A DNA stretch of 64,000 bases from the sequence record OR844650.1; one strand, written 5' to 3'. The position numbers and the translations under genes were made by a program. Below, one piece after another: positions 16,653-30,100 of the stretch (the stretch's first letter is position 1; each line of letters begins with the position of its first letter). A model generated the notes under the pieces. The model worked only from the letters and a program-made list of their open reading frames with translations, was not told the origin of the DNA and made no database searches.

Positions 16653-17141
16653 ATGAGTAAATGGGAAATTAAAAATACAGATGAGCAATTTTTTAAGGAA
16701 ATTAAAGAATTTGAAGGAACTATTGCTTATCAGAAAAAACTTGGTTATTTTAAAAATGATAAGTTTTGGGTATATAAAGACAGCTTAGGTCTTGATACAA
16801 TTGGCTATGGTCACCTAGTTTTACCTGGTGAAAATTTCAAGAATGGTTTAACAGAAGCACAAGCTGACCAACTTCTTCTTAAAGATGCTCAAACTGCGTA
16901 CAATGATGCAAAATCAATTTATGAACAATTTGGTATGACCGCACCTATACAGGTTCAACGTGTATTATGGTTGATGGTATTCCAGATGGGCAAAACCAAA
17001 GTTTTAAAATTTAAAAAAGCAATGACCGCATTAGGTAAGGCTGATTATAAAACTGCTGGTAAGGAATTGCGTGATAGTACATGGTATAAACAAACCACTT
17101 CAAGAGCGGAAAAGATGGCACGTATTGTTGAATCCGTATAA
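16653..17141 (+). CDS. GH24 (T4-type) lysozyme, endolysin or virion muramidase
   Basis: EFEG...YKDSLGLDTIGYGHL catalytic E/D/T region and MVFQMG; paralog of the gp5 C-terminus. Confidence 0.9.
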   Translation: MSKWEIKNTDEQFFKEIKEFEGTIAYQKKLGYFKNDKFWVYKDSLGLDTIGYGHLVLPGENFKNGLTEAQADQLLLKDAQTAYNDAKSIYEQFGMTAPIQVQRVLWLMVFQMGKTKVLKFKKAMTALGKADYKTAGKELRDSTWYKQTTSRAEKMARIVESV

Positions 17142-17156
17142 TAAAGGAAATAGTCA

Positions 17157-17552
17157 ATGGCAGTTGTTTTTAAAGGTTTTTCTACCCCAGTAGTGGGTAG
17201 AACTGAAACATTGTATGATAGTGAATTGGTTCGCCAAGATTTAATGAATCATTTCAATACAAAAAAAGGCGAAAGAGCATTTGATGCTGACTATGGTTTT
17301 ATTGCATGGGATTTGCTGTTTGAATTGGAAGGTTATAATACTATCAACCTTTTGGAAGCAGATGCCCGTAGAATAATTAGCTTAGATCCACGCTTAAATC
17401 TTAAGAAATTGCAAATTTCAAGAATAGAATATGGATACCAAATGAATATTGTATTACAGTACGTAGTATTGGATACATTAGAAGAACTTACTATTGTATT
17501 CGATGCAAGAAGTAATAACAGAATGGCAACATATTCAGTATCGTCTTTATAA
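17157..17552 (+). CDS. gp25: Baseplate wedge subunit (gp25 family)
   Basis: LVRQDLMNHFNTKKGERAFDADYG...IISLDPR motif. Confidence 0.88.
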   Translation: MAVVFKGFSTPVVGRTETLYDSELVRQDLMNHFNTKKGERAFDADYGFIAWDLLFELEGYNTINLLEADARRIISLDPRLNLKKLQISRIEYGYQMNIVLQYVVLDTLEELTIVFDARSNNRMATYSVSSL

Positions 17553-17556
17553 TTAC

Positions 17557-17586
17557 AAAAGCACTCTTCGGAGTGCTTTTCTTTTT
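17557..17586 (+). terminator. Intrinsic terminator with cUUCGg loop
   Basis: AAAAGCACTC-TTCG-GAGTGCTTTT followed by a T-rich tail. Confidence 0.85.
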
Positions 17587-17653
17587 GAATAAATATTTCT
17601 ATATATAATTCCCAGTACTGAACTAGTACTTTACTGATTTAAAGGAATAAATT

Positions 17654-20600
17654 ATGTCACAACAAAAAAGGCAATCAAATTTATACGCTGGTGAGGATTG
17701 GACTCAAGTATATGAAAGTTTTTATAAAATCAATCTTACAGCTTATGACTTCGATACTATCCGTCAGAGTATGATTGATTATCTACGTGCAACTTACCCA
17801 GACTCATTCAACGACTGGATCGAAAACGACCAGTTTATTTTTATTTTAGATACGATTTCTATGCTAGGGCAGAACTTGGCATTTCGTATGGATTTGAACA
17901 CACGTGAAAACTTTTTAGATACTGCAACTCGTCGTGCATCAGTACTAAAACTAGCTAAAATGATTTCTTACTCACCACGCCGCTCATATCCAGGTCGTGC
18001 AGTTGCTAAATTAACCGAAATTAAAACAAACCAAGATGTTCGTAATAGTTTTAATGAATCATTAAAAGATAAAATCATTCGTTGGAATGACCCGATGGAT
18101 GCTAACTGGTATGAAAACTTCATTCTAGTAATGAACAGTTCATTTGTCAGTACTAACCAATTTGGTAATCCAGTCAAGCGTATTGATGTTAATGGTGTCT
18201 CTCGTCAACTATATCGAATGAACACCATCCCAATGACAGCACCCAGTATTCCATTTATTGCAACTGTCAATGGTGAATCTATGACATTTGAAGTAGTGAA
18301 TCCTGATATTACGTCTGTTGGTGTTGAAGAACGACATCCAGAACCACAAGAGCAAAAATATATTGTTTATCAAAATGATGGTAATGGATTTAGTTCACCA
18401 AATACTGGTTTTTTTGTATATTTCGTACAAGGTACATTGACATATCAAGATTATCAATATGCTATCCGTGAAGAGAACCGTATACAAGATATTAACGTTG
18501 ATAATATCAACGAAACTGATGTATGGGTTCAAGAAATAAATGAAGATGGTATTGTTCGTACCAAATGGACAAAAGTTCCATCAATGGAAAGTATTGCATA
18601 TAACACTGTTAATCGTCAATTAAAAACAATTTTTGCTGTTACTACTCGTGATAAAGATCAAATAACAATTAAGTATCCAGACTCAAGAAGTGGTGTTGTT
18701 CCCCGTGGGACGTTCCGCGTATGGTATCGTGTTAGTAATGGTAAAACATATAACATTAAAACTTCTGAAATTCAAAACAAAAGCGTAAAATATACATATC
18801 GTACAAAAACACAGTCAAGTTATGAATCTAGTACATTGGATATACGTTTTTCATTACAATATGAGTCCGACCGTGCACAAAGTGCAGAGACTATTGAGCA
18901 GATTAAAGCACGTGCACCACAAATGTACTATACACAAAACCGTTTTGTCAATGGTGAAGATTATAATATTGCACCACTTAGTTTAGGCAATACTGTACTT
19001 AAATCTAAAGCTATTAATAGAATTTATAGTGGACAATCAAGATTTATTGATATTAATGATCCTACTGGTAAGTATCAAAATACCGATGTTTTTAGTGATG
19101 ATGGTGCATTATATCAAGAAAACACACAATTTAATAGATCATTATTGCTACCAACTACAAAAACAAATGCTAGTATTGTTATTGACAATATTCAACCATT
19201 GATTGGTGAAAATGCGGTAATACAACGTTACCAAGCGTTTCCATCAAATACAATTGGTATTGAAATACAACAAGCATGGACTCCGGTATACAATTCAAAT
19301 TATACAACTAACACATATGGTAGAATTTTGGGTTCATCTGGTACAGTTTATGGTTCATATCAGGTTGGTACTCTAATTAAATTTTCTAATTCTGGAACTA
19401 CTATATGGGCTAGTGTAGTTAGTGTATTGGATAATGGATTTTATGTACTGAGTACATCGGTTCCAAGTGGAATGCAAGCCATAGAGTACATTTTACCATA
19501 TAGAACTAGATTTAACTCGGTTGAAGTTCAAGCAATTTCTGCTATGCTAGATAAAAAAACTGATTTTGTTATTGTACATGACAAAGAAACGACATCATGG
19601 GTTCCTATTGAAGTAAGTACCAATGATGATACTATTGTATATAATGGTAATGAAGTTTTAATTATAATTAATGTAAAATATACAGCAGAAACTTGGGAAT
19701 TTGATGCTAACGGTATTGAATATATTTTTGTGGGTGGAGAAAAAGTAAGATTTTACTTTGTATCATCTAAAAAAATTACTGATATTAGTACTGGTACAGT
19801 TCAAAGTGATAAGATTGAAATTTTATCATCTAACACTACTAGTAGTAGTAATTCAGGATTGACAAGTAATATAGATTTTCAAATTTATGACACAATTCAA
19901 CAAGAGAATGGCTATCTAGATGGTTCTCGTGTTATTGTTACATCTAGGAAAGTAGATAGTAATGGTATACCATTGGAACCAAACCAATTTAAAGAAATTG
20001 TTCCTACTTGGACTGGAACCGATGCATTAAAATATGGTGGTATTTTGGTATTTCAGGAAAATAGTGATTTCACTATATCAGTACTGTCGTTACCAAATGA
20101 TACCTTCACACTTCTTGATTCATCGTGGTCTTATACAATGGAACAAGCCTTGGCAGAGCCGAATGCATATAAAAGAACTGAATTTGTTAGAAATAACGCA
20201 ATTCGTTCAACCACATTGAGTGGATTATATAGTAAAGGTTCTGGATTTTTAGTTGGTTTTAACTATGATGGTAAATATTATTTTATTGAACAAACAGTTG
20301 GTAACAACAATGATCGTTTAGGACAGCTAATTAGTAATTTAACTTATTCCGATGATACTGGCACTGTTAGTCCTGAATTGGCTTTTTATCGTGCAATTAA
20401 TAACATGGGAACTAATGCTGACGAGAATCAGAAGCTAGATTATTATGGATACAAAGATGTTACTTCACAGTACACTGTTAAAACTAATGCACGTACTAGT
20501 ATAGACTTCCATTGGAAACACTATGCACCTGACGACAATCGCATTGATCCTAGTAGAACAAACTTAATTGATATGTATGTATTAACCAATTCATATAAAA

Positions 20601-21115
20601 CTGAAGTTGACGTTTGGTTGAAAAATAATGCTGTTGGTAGTATTCCTAAACCACCTACATCGGTTGAATTGAAAGATATGTTCAAAGATGTTGAACAAAA
20701 AATAGTCATTAGTGATAGTATTATTTGGCATAGTGCTGAGTACTTACCTTTATTTGGCAACAGTGCTGCTGAAGATTACAAAGCTGATTTTAAAGTAGTG
20801 AAATTACCAAACAGCACAATGAGTGACGATGAAATTCGTCAAAATGTTATAGCATTAACTAATGAATACTTCAATGTTGACAACTGGGATTTCGGTGAAA
20901 GTTTCTATTATACTGATTTGTGTACTTACATACACTCACAGTTAGGTAGACATATTAGTACCATTGTTATAGTTGCACAAAATCCAAATTCAAAATTTGG
21001 CTCTCTATTTGAAATCCCTTCACGTTCAGACCAAATATTTTTGAGTACTGCATCTGTTGAAAATGTTCAAATTGTTAACTCACTAGCTAAAAGTAATATT
21101 AATATCGGTTCTTAA
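17654..21115 (+). CDS. gp6: Baseplate wedge subunit (gp6-like, extended to 1153 aa)
   Basis: DFDTIRQSMIDYLR, ENFLDTATRRASVLKLAKMISY and ETIEQIKARAPQMYYTQNRFVNGEDY motifs. AATAAATA late-like site at 17588-17595. Confidence 0.85.
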   Translation: MSQQKRQSNLYAGEDWTQVYESFYKINLTAYDFDTIRQSMIDYLRATYPDSFNDWIENDQFIFILDTISMLGQNLAFRMDLNTRENFLDTATRRASVLKLAKMISYSPRRSYPGRAVAKLTEIKTNQDVRNSFNESLKDKIIRWNDPMDANWYENFILVMNSSFVSTNQFGNPVKRIDVNGVSRQLYRMNTIPMTAPSIPFIATVNGESMTFEVVNPDITSVGVEERHPEPQEQKYIVYQNDGNGFSSPNTGFFVYFVQGTLTYQDYQYAIREENRIQDINVDNINETDVWVQEINEDGIVRTKWTKVPSMESIAYNTVNRQLKTIFAVTTRDKDQITIKYPDSRSGVVPRGTFRVWYRVSNGKTYNIKTSEIQNKSVKYTYRTKTQSSYESSTLDIRFSLQYESDRAQSAETIEQIKARAPQMYYTQNRFVNGEDYNIAPLSLGNTVLKSKAINRIYSGQSRFIDINDPTGKYQNTDVFSDDGALYQENTQFNRSLLLPTTKTNASIVIDNIQPLIGENAVIQRYQAFPSNTIGIEIQQAWTPVYNSNYTTNTYGRILGSSGTVYGSYQVGTLIKFSNSGTTIWASVVSVLDNGFYVLSTSVPSGMQAIEYILPYRTRFNSVEVQAISAMLDKKTDFVIVHDKETTSWVPIEVSTNDDTIVYNGNEVLIIINVKYTAETWEFDANGIEYIFVGGEKVRFYFVSSKKITDISTGTVQSDKIEILSSNTTSSSNSGLTSNIDFQIYDTIQQENGYLDGSRVIVTSRKVDSNGIPLEPNQFKEIVPTWTGTDALKYGGILVFQENSDFTISVLSLPNDTFTLLDSSWSYTMEQALAEPNAYKRTEFVRNNAIRSTTLSGLYSKGSGFLVGFNYDGKYYFIEQTVGNNNDRLGQLISNLTYSDDTGTVSPELAFYRAINNMGTNADENQKLDYYGYKDVTSQYTVKTNARTSIDFHWKHYAPDDNRIDPSRTNLIDMYVLTNSYKTEVDVWLKNNAVGSIPKPPTSVELKDMFKDVEQKIVISDSIIWHSAEYLPLFGNSAAEDYKADFKVVKLPNSTMSDDEIRQNVIALTNEYFNVDNWDFGESFYYTDLCTYIHSQLGRHISTIVIVAQNPNSKFGSLFEIPSRSDQIFLSTASVENVQIVNSLAKSNINIGS

Positions 21116-21122
21116 TATAACG

Positions 21123-21146
21123 GGCGTTCTTCGGAACGCCTTTTTT
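21123..21146 (+). terminator. Intrinsic terminator with cUUCGg loop
   Basis: GGCGTTC-TTCG-GAACGCC followed by T6. Confidence 0.85.
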
Positions 21147-21194
21147 ATATCATAAATAAATCAAATGAATGAACGAATTATATGGAGTCCAAAA

Positions 21195-24100
21195 ATGACT
21201 AATAATTTTAAGTTTCAACCTACACAGATGGCTGAAGCAGTACAGAAGAAGCTTTTTATTAAAAGATTGCCTGAGTGGATGCAAGGCTTAGAAGATATTC
21301 AAAAAGTCAGTGATGATGTTATTCAACAATGGTTTAATCCGGCTGAAAACGAATTAGTTGACGGCTATATTGGTGATATGGGTTCTCCTGCCGCTGCTGG
21401 TAATATCTTCTTACATGAAAGTACTGTAGCACGTCAACTTTATCAGTTGTCCACTGCTTACGTCTCAAAAAATGATGATTCGACAATTCGTTCAATTCAA
21501 TTTTATGATGATCTAGTTGGATACATGAATCATTATGGAGCACTAACCGATAATGAAAGCCGTTTGTTCAACGGTAAGTTTTATGCATGGACTCCAGCTA
21601 TTAACCCAAATAAAATGAACAATTTTAGCTCATATCTTTGGGATACTAAAAACTCTTATAATATTACTTCACCTGATTACATTGTAATGGAACGTGGAGC
21701 ACTTAATGGTAATACATGGTCACTACAAAACTTTTGGTATACTTTAGGTGAAACATTAGAAGATGGCTCAATATTAACTGAAGAATTAATGCAAGATTCA
21801 CGTTTTATTCGTGCACGTGCACCAATTATTGAATATAATAAAAATATTGAGCTAATTAACTACGGTACAAAATTCCGTGGAACTGTTGATCTGTTCTCTG
21901 ATATTATTAAACCTGAAGATATCGTTCAAAAAGATATTAATAGTGGTATACGTATTGATGGTATTATTCCGCAAGATGGAATGCGTATTCTATTCACCAG
22001 TATTGGTAACAATGGTGAAAACAATAGAATTTATAATGTATATGTGAAAAAAATGCAAGATGGTACTCGTGTTTATGGTTTAGCACTAGATCCAGAAGAA
22101 GAAACCGAATCACGCCCAAGTGGTGAACCTCAAGATGGTGATGTTGTTCTAATCACTAAAGGTAATGAGTATGGTAATAGTTCTATGTACTGGAATGGAT
22201 CTTTGTGGGTTCGTGCACAATCAAAAACTAGTGTTAACGTATTCCCTAAATTCCAACTTTATGATCGTAATGGTATCAAACTTGACAACAGTACTACATA
22301 TCCATCAAGTAACTTTAAAGGTTCAGAGTTGTTTGGTTTTAAAATAAATTACAACTATGCAACTGATAGTGTATATGGATATAACATTGAACTTGGTGAT
22401 TATAATTATTACATTTATGAAAACTTTTTACAATCCCAACGTTATACCTATGACCATCTTGGAAAAGAAGTTGAAATTGATGGTTTATACTATTATAACA
22501 TTATTGATGAAAATAATGAAATGAATCTTCAAACCGATTGGGTTCGTTCAGAAGAGTACTCTAAACAATTTGTAAAACAAACTCCACAAGTCCAACGTAC
22601 TGATATGTATCGTGTATTCAGTACTGTTTATGATATGGAAGTTTTTAAAGAACCAGTTGATGGTATGTATGCATATGTTATTGAAGTTGATAGAACATAT
22701 CAGTACTATAAAGCTGACCGTGAAACTTATCTAGATTGGCATCCAATTACTGGTGATGGTGTTCAGATTGTAAAATATGACCATACATTCGAATTGGCAC
22801 AAAAAGTTTTAGATAATGATTCTGATATTATTGAAGTTGTGGTTGATGGTGTTGATGTGTCCAAATATACCAAAAATGTTTCAAAAGGTCAAGTACAAAG
22901 CATCACTCTAGATAGTACTGTAGAATTGGATGAAGATTCTGTTATTCAAATTAGAACTTATAGCAGTACTGTAACTCCTAATAAAGAATTAGGTGCATAT
23001 GAAGTTCCAATCAACCTACAAAATAACCCATATAATTCTAATATTATATACATTAACCAAGGTGACTACACTTTACATTTTCAGGATATTATTCAAAAGA
23101 ACATTACACGTGGTTCTTCTGATGATTTCAATGACTATGAAGAACGTTTGGCTAAAGGATTGGTTAATAATGGCGTAGGTACTAAAATTATCCAAAATGA
23201 AGCATCTATGCTTCCATTGATGGCACATACTGCAAATGAAGATATTGATTTGTTTGAAGCAACTATGTTTATGCAATCTGAATATTTTAGATTCATTAAT
23301 AAATTTAATACACAAATGCTTCGTATGTATGATGAAAATCCATCAGACTTTTTACAAAATAGTGCTGCAAACATTGTTGATGCAATTTTAACTACTATTA
23401 ATATGGGACGTGATAGTTCATTCCCATTCTATTATGATAATGTTGGAAGTACTTCTGGATTCATTCGTGCATTTATACCACCAACACCACAGTTCTTAGG
23501 TATTCTTCAAGCATATGTACCAGAAAAAGCGACATTCCTCACTGCTGGTAGTAAACCAAGCTGTTATAACATCAGTCATACTGGTATTATTTCCAAAGCA
23601 TACCGTGTTATCAATGGTGTTGATAAAATGGATGATGTTGTATATGAATTAGAAAATAGAATTTTTAATAGTATTGATAATAAATTCAAAGATGTTGATT
23701 ACGTACCAGTATTGAATAGTGATGACCTTTTCCCTACACCATATTTCACTAAAACTGAATATAGTGCTGAAGAGAAACAAACATTATTACTACGTGGATA
23801 CATTAACTTCACCGCAACTAATGGTATCAGTAATAGTACACATGATTATGATCCTAACAATTGGAGAACTTGGAACTATACTGGCACTTATTATGTAGTT
23901 AATGGTCAAAGTACTGAAATTCCTGCACGTGGTTCATGGCGTGCCATTTACACTGACCAATATGGTACATATCGCCCAGCTACCCATCCGTGGGAAATGT
24001 TTGGCTTTACACAACGTCCAACTTGGTGGAACCAAGAATACGAACCAACGGCTGTTCAAGTTGGTGAACGTGATAGTGATGTTGTATATGTATATGAAGC

Positions 24101-27100
24101 ACTTGTTATGAATGAGCAAGGTGATTTAGTTCCTAGTGGTCTTTGGGATATTGACGGAACTATTGGAGATAGCAGTACTGGAACTATTTTATTTGGTGAT
24201 CGTCGTGGTCAATATGACAAATATAAAAGATTTGGTGTACAGCCATTCAAAATTACAAAAACTGGAAATAAAACATCTTCTGGTATTGATATTTGTGTGG
24301 TTGAATATATTGCACCTGAAATTTTAGGTTTAGTGTCTGGATCTTTAAATCATAGAGCAGAACCTTGGACATATGGTGATATGGGTGACATGGAATTTAC
24401 ATACATGAACACTACATTGTTTGCATATGACCAAATGATGCTTTTGTATAAAGCTAAACCAGCACAATTTGCTAACTATTTCTGGGATACCCGCAACGAT
24501 AACTTAAAAGAAGTATTCACTGATGGTTCACAATTCCTTTATGGTGATACACGTAAGCGTATTAATTTTGATAAAAATACAGTAGTTCATGGTGAAAATA
24601 GCACAAGAACAATTGGTTATCAAATGTTTGTAAGTGACCATTTGATGTATCAAAATAAAAATATTACCACCAAGTATGGGGATGTAGTTCGTTCTTCTTA
24701 TATAAATGTTGGTCATAAAATTGGAGGATTTACTAAAGCAGATCAGCTAACATTCAATGCTAAATCTTTCGGTCTTATTTCACAAGAAAACCAAACCATT
24801 GGTCTTGTTCGTTCTAATAATATCCGTGATGAGCAAATGAGTGCGATCAAAATTACTTGGAATGGTAGTGCATATCAGATTGATGGATATGATCTAGTTG
24901 GTGCTAAATTTAAATATAAACTTCCAGTAAAAAATGGTAGAAAAGTAACTCTTAAATTGGAAAACCGTAATGTTGTTCATTATAATGAATGGAAGTCTGA
25001 AGCTTCAATTGAATATGGTAAAGTTTTCAATAGTTACCAAGAAGTTTATACTTTTATTTGTGGATATGGTGAATATCTTAAAGAACATGGTTGGATTTTT
25101 GAAGATGTAAATGATAGTGGTGCTCAACAAGATTGGAACACTATTGCTAAAGATTTCGTGATCTGGAGTCAGAATTCTCTAGTAACTGGTGAATTTATTT
25201 CTTGTACCCCAAGTGCTGCAAACGCTAAATTTGGGGCAGACTTTGGTTCAGTACAATCTATTACGCAAAATAATGGTGGTGTATGGTCATTACTTGATGA
25301 TAATAACCAAGGTATTCGCCAATATGAAATTGAAACTTCTCGTATTGGAAATATCTTCACTGTTAGAACTTTAGAATCTAATAAACGCATTGCATTGATT
25401 CGTTTAAGTTTGTGTTCATATGAACATGCTGTTATTTTTGATGATAAAACTATTTTTGGTGATTACATTTATCAGCCAACATATGGTTCTATTCAAGAAC
25501 TAATTAAAATGTATGGATATATTACTGGTTCATGGACTGGTCGCCTACAAGCTCCTGGATTTATTATCTTGGAAGCTGGAACACTACCATCATTTGAAAA
25601 ATTAGTGTCGGATTTCCAACATTATTATGATAGTGAAACTCCAGTAAGTGATGTACAATTACAAGAGTTGTCAAACCATTTGATTGGTTATCAATCTCGT
25701 GATTATCTACAGCGTATGATTAGTAGTGATGTTAGTCGTGTTGATTTCTATAAAGGATTCATTCACGATAAAGGTACTAACCAAGTTTTAGAACGTGTAC
25801 TTCGTGTTTCTAAATCATATGACACTGATGAATATAAAGCATTACAAGAATGGGCATTTAAAATTGGTACATATGGTAATATTGATGGTAAGAAAAACCT
25901 TCAATTTAAACTAATCAATGACCAATTTAAACAACAACCTCAAATGGTTTCTTTTGATGTAAATGCAACTTCAAATGGTAATGGTAATCATATTGTATAC
26001 TTCGGTGAGCAAGGTAAAGATCCTCGTTGGATTACACGTCCAAATGGTAAGTTCTCATTCCCAATGCGTAGTGGAAGAAGTGAAAACATCCAACTTCCAG
26101 ATATTGGTCCAGTAACATTGGATGAAGTATCGTACACAACAAAAGATTTCAGTACTGCATATAATGACCGCATAACTTATACTAATGGTAAAGGTGAAAA
26201 TCCTGAATCTGTGTGGATGTTTAAAGACGGTAATGGTTTGTGGAACATTTTTGAATTGGTTGATACTAATGTACAAATGGTTTCTATAACACCTATTGAA
26301 AATACCGATGTGTATGCTGAACAATTTTGTAAAGTAACTTTAACTGATAATGTACCACTTGAAGATGGTGATTATTATTATTTTGTTGATGAAACTAACT
26401 TTATGCCAGATACTTTAACAGTAGAAAGTCAATATTATACTGCTGGTTCTGATCCTAAAGTTATGGTAGTTCCATTTGACACTTCTATTGATATTGAATT
26501 TACTGATCCAGATACACGTCCACGTTTGTATCGTTATGTATCACGTTTTGCCAGTACTGATGATCGTCAAGCTTACATTGACAAGAAATATAGTTTTAAA
26601 GCACCACAAAGTACTTTATTTGATCGTCCAACGACATATGATGAACGTACTAACATTACTGAGCTATATCTAAACGTTTATGACCCAATTAATGGTGTTA
26701 TTCCAGGTGCGGCTATGCAAAACGTAACATATACTTCACCAGTTGATCCTGCACAGTATAATAGTAATGGAGAGTTAATCCAGGCTTGGGGTGCTGATAA
26801 AGTTGGTCAAGTATGGTGGAACACTAGCACTGCATTTTATTTGGATTATACTCGTGCAATTTATGACGCAGACGGTAATGTTGATATTGATGCAACCAAT
26901 GAATACAAACGTTACAACTGGGGCCGTTTGTTACCACATAGTACCATTGATGTGTTAGAGTGGGTTTGTTCACCAGTTGAGCCATATAACTGGGACAAAT
27001 ACTGTAAAGATGTTGCTAAGAAAAACAAAAATAATACTATGTATCTACCAAGTGGAACTGCACTTGAAGATAATTATAGTACATTTTTGGAATATGATAG

Positions 27101-30100
27101 TTCAACTGATAGTTATGTAACAAAATACTATTTCTGGGTACGTGATACAATTTATGTACCACCACTACATACCAGAACGAAATCATGTACTGACATTGCT
27201 CGTATTATTAAAGATCCAACACAGCTAAACATTCCTTGGTTCGCTCCAATAAATGAAAACTCGTTTATTCTTAGTAATATGCAATTTAAAGTGAATGATG
27301 ATACCAGTATTTTAACTGTTTCTTATTACATGGATAGTACTGAAGTTGTTAAACATGACCAGTATCAACTATGTAAAGAAGGTGACAGCTATAACTTTAA
27401 CCCACTAATTTGGGATTCAATGTGGAACTCACTAATTGGTCAAGAAACAACTGAATCAGGTTCTGTGATTAATTTATTATATCCAGATGTTGATAACGGT
27501 TTAGGATCAAACAAAACTTGGTTCCAAAATGTTATAGAAGCTCGTAGAAACTTTGTAGAAAGTGCTAATAATTATTATAGGTCACAAAACATAACCACTA
27601 ATAGTGTTGTTATGGAAGATGTGTTTAATGTTAAAACCACTGAAGTTAACCCTAATGAAGTTTCTTTCCGTGTGTTGTCTTACAATAATGAATTAGTTAT
27701 TGCAGTTGAAAGTGATAAATTTAAAGAAAATGACGCTGTTATTTTAAGTACTAGTGGATATCTACCAAATCCATTAACTTCTAGTGCTGTTTATTTTATT
27801 CACTTCGACGAAAATGGATATATTCAGTTAATGAATAGTCCAGCAAACGCGGGTAGTGTTGTTACTATAACGTTAGAAAACAAAGGTGAGGGACAACATA
27901 AAATGATTAAACAATCTGATTATGTTGAATCACTAGGAACCTCATTAGACATGACTCAGTACTGGTCATATGCTGATTGGTATGATGTTGGATATGATAG
28001 TAACACGACTTATACTCAAGAGTCAAGCTTAGAAGATGCTAATACTAAAAACTACCAAGTTGGCGATATTATCAGAGTTACCGATAGTGAAAACATTTGG
28101 ACATTGTATATTAAATCACAATCACGCGATTCAATTTATTGGAAAGCGATTGGTCGTGAAAACAGTACAGTTGAACTCAATGATATGCTTTACGCAGATT
28201 ATAGTGTTCATAATGATAATGGTTCACTAAGCAATCGTGAAATCAACGTTCGTAAAGCACTAGCTTTACTCAAAAATTCTTTCGATTTACATCAAAGCGA
28301 AATTGTTTTTGATATGGTCAAATATGTACATGTTGAACAAAGTGTTGTGGATTGGGTATTTAAAACATCATATATCTATATTGTTGGTTTGGAACAATCA
28401 TTAGTTCAAAACTATTCAAACGATAATTTGATTAATCAAATTGTTGAATATTTTGAAGAAGTTAAACCTTATAGAACTAAAATTCGTTCACAAATAGAGC
28501 AAAAGACATCTGATGATGATTTAATAAAAGGTCTATGTAATGATTTAGATCCTAATGGATATATTTTCGTTGACGGTTCTTGGATCAAAACTGAAAAAGA
28601 TATTTGGGATTATGAGTACGCTCAATTTAATGAAATTACCCAAAAATGGGAACAGGTAGGTTCACTACCAAGTGATTTCGTTACACCAAATAGAAGATTC
28701 CAAGAAATTGATATTATTATGCATTATGATAATATTCAGTGTAAACCAAATGAAGATTTGGCAAGCATAAATGAATTAGTAAGTGTTAATAACAAATATC
28801 AATCCAATGAAAAGGATGCTGTTAGTAACTATGAATTACAACGTTATATATATTCTTTCCCAGAATATAGTGAAGAAACTTTCGATCTTCTTATTGCTTA
28901 TCAAATGCAAATCTACTATCCAGAATTGGATGTAACACTAGGAACAGCATATGGCGTTAACCAGTGGTATAAAGACCATGCGGAAGATTTAGAAGCAACT
29001 GATGAATTCACTGCTACATTGGAACGTGTTTATAAAGAATCAACGCATAACGATATGTTTACTGACCTTAGACAATATGTTCAGTATAACACATTGGCAA
29101 ACCGTTTGAAACTTTATAAAGATATAAGTGATGAGAAAATTCACGATGAAGTTGGATGTGGATTTAGTGGACTTACTTATAATGACAATCCTAGTACTAG
29201 ACTTCCATTAGGCTTTTCTTCTAGTAATGATTATAACTATGGATATTTTGAAATAAGCAGTGAATTGTATCAAAAATACATTTCATTAATTAAAGATAAA
29301 AATCCTGACGCATCAGACTATGAAGTAAAAGTTAAACTTGAAGTTGAGTATGGTGTATATGTTTATCGTTATGATGAAGTAGGTGGTGATACCCGTTTCT
29401 ATACTGATGCTATTCACGTATTAGCAGGTATGAGAGGGTTATTCGACAAAGACGCTACTGATAAGTACGAAAAAGCTGAAGAGATTCTTAGTAAGACCCC
29501 AATTGATATCTATGCAATTACAATGATTCCACGAAAATATGTTTACTTAAATGTTAACGGTGTATATCAAAGTATACCTGATGAACAAAGTATTGATGAT
29601 TTCATGGAAGATTATTTTATCACAAATGGTGAAATGGTTGAACTAGCTGAAATAAATCTTGATGATTTACCACTAGATCAAAATAATCCAATGTATTCTG
29701 ATTATCAATATATACTTGATAGTATTACTGAAGCTAAGTACTTCAATGATATGAATGCATTTGATAACCTAGCATTGGAATCTCAAACTTCTTCAATAAA
29801 ATGGGAAGTTAAAGATGATGAAGTTGATCCTTATATTGTGGATATATCTGACATAAACCCTTCTGGGCGTGATGTTGGACAAATTAGATTTACAGTTGAT
29901 GGATATGGGTTTGACAATGTATCTCTTGTACAATTACGTGATAACAGCAGATATCAAACTGAAGGTATGGCAATTATCAATCCATATAAACATACAGAAG
30001 CAATTGTAAGTATTCCTTCATATGCTAAGATTGAAAATGATATTAATAAAACAACATCGAAGTTTGATGAAAAATATTTCTATCGTGTGAGATCTATTAA

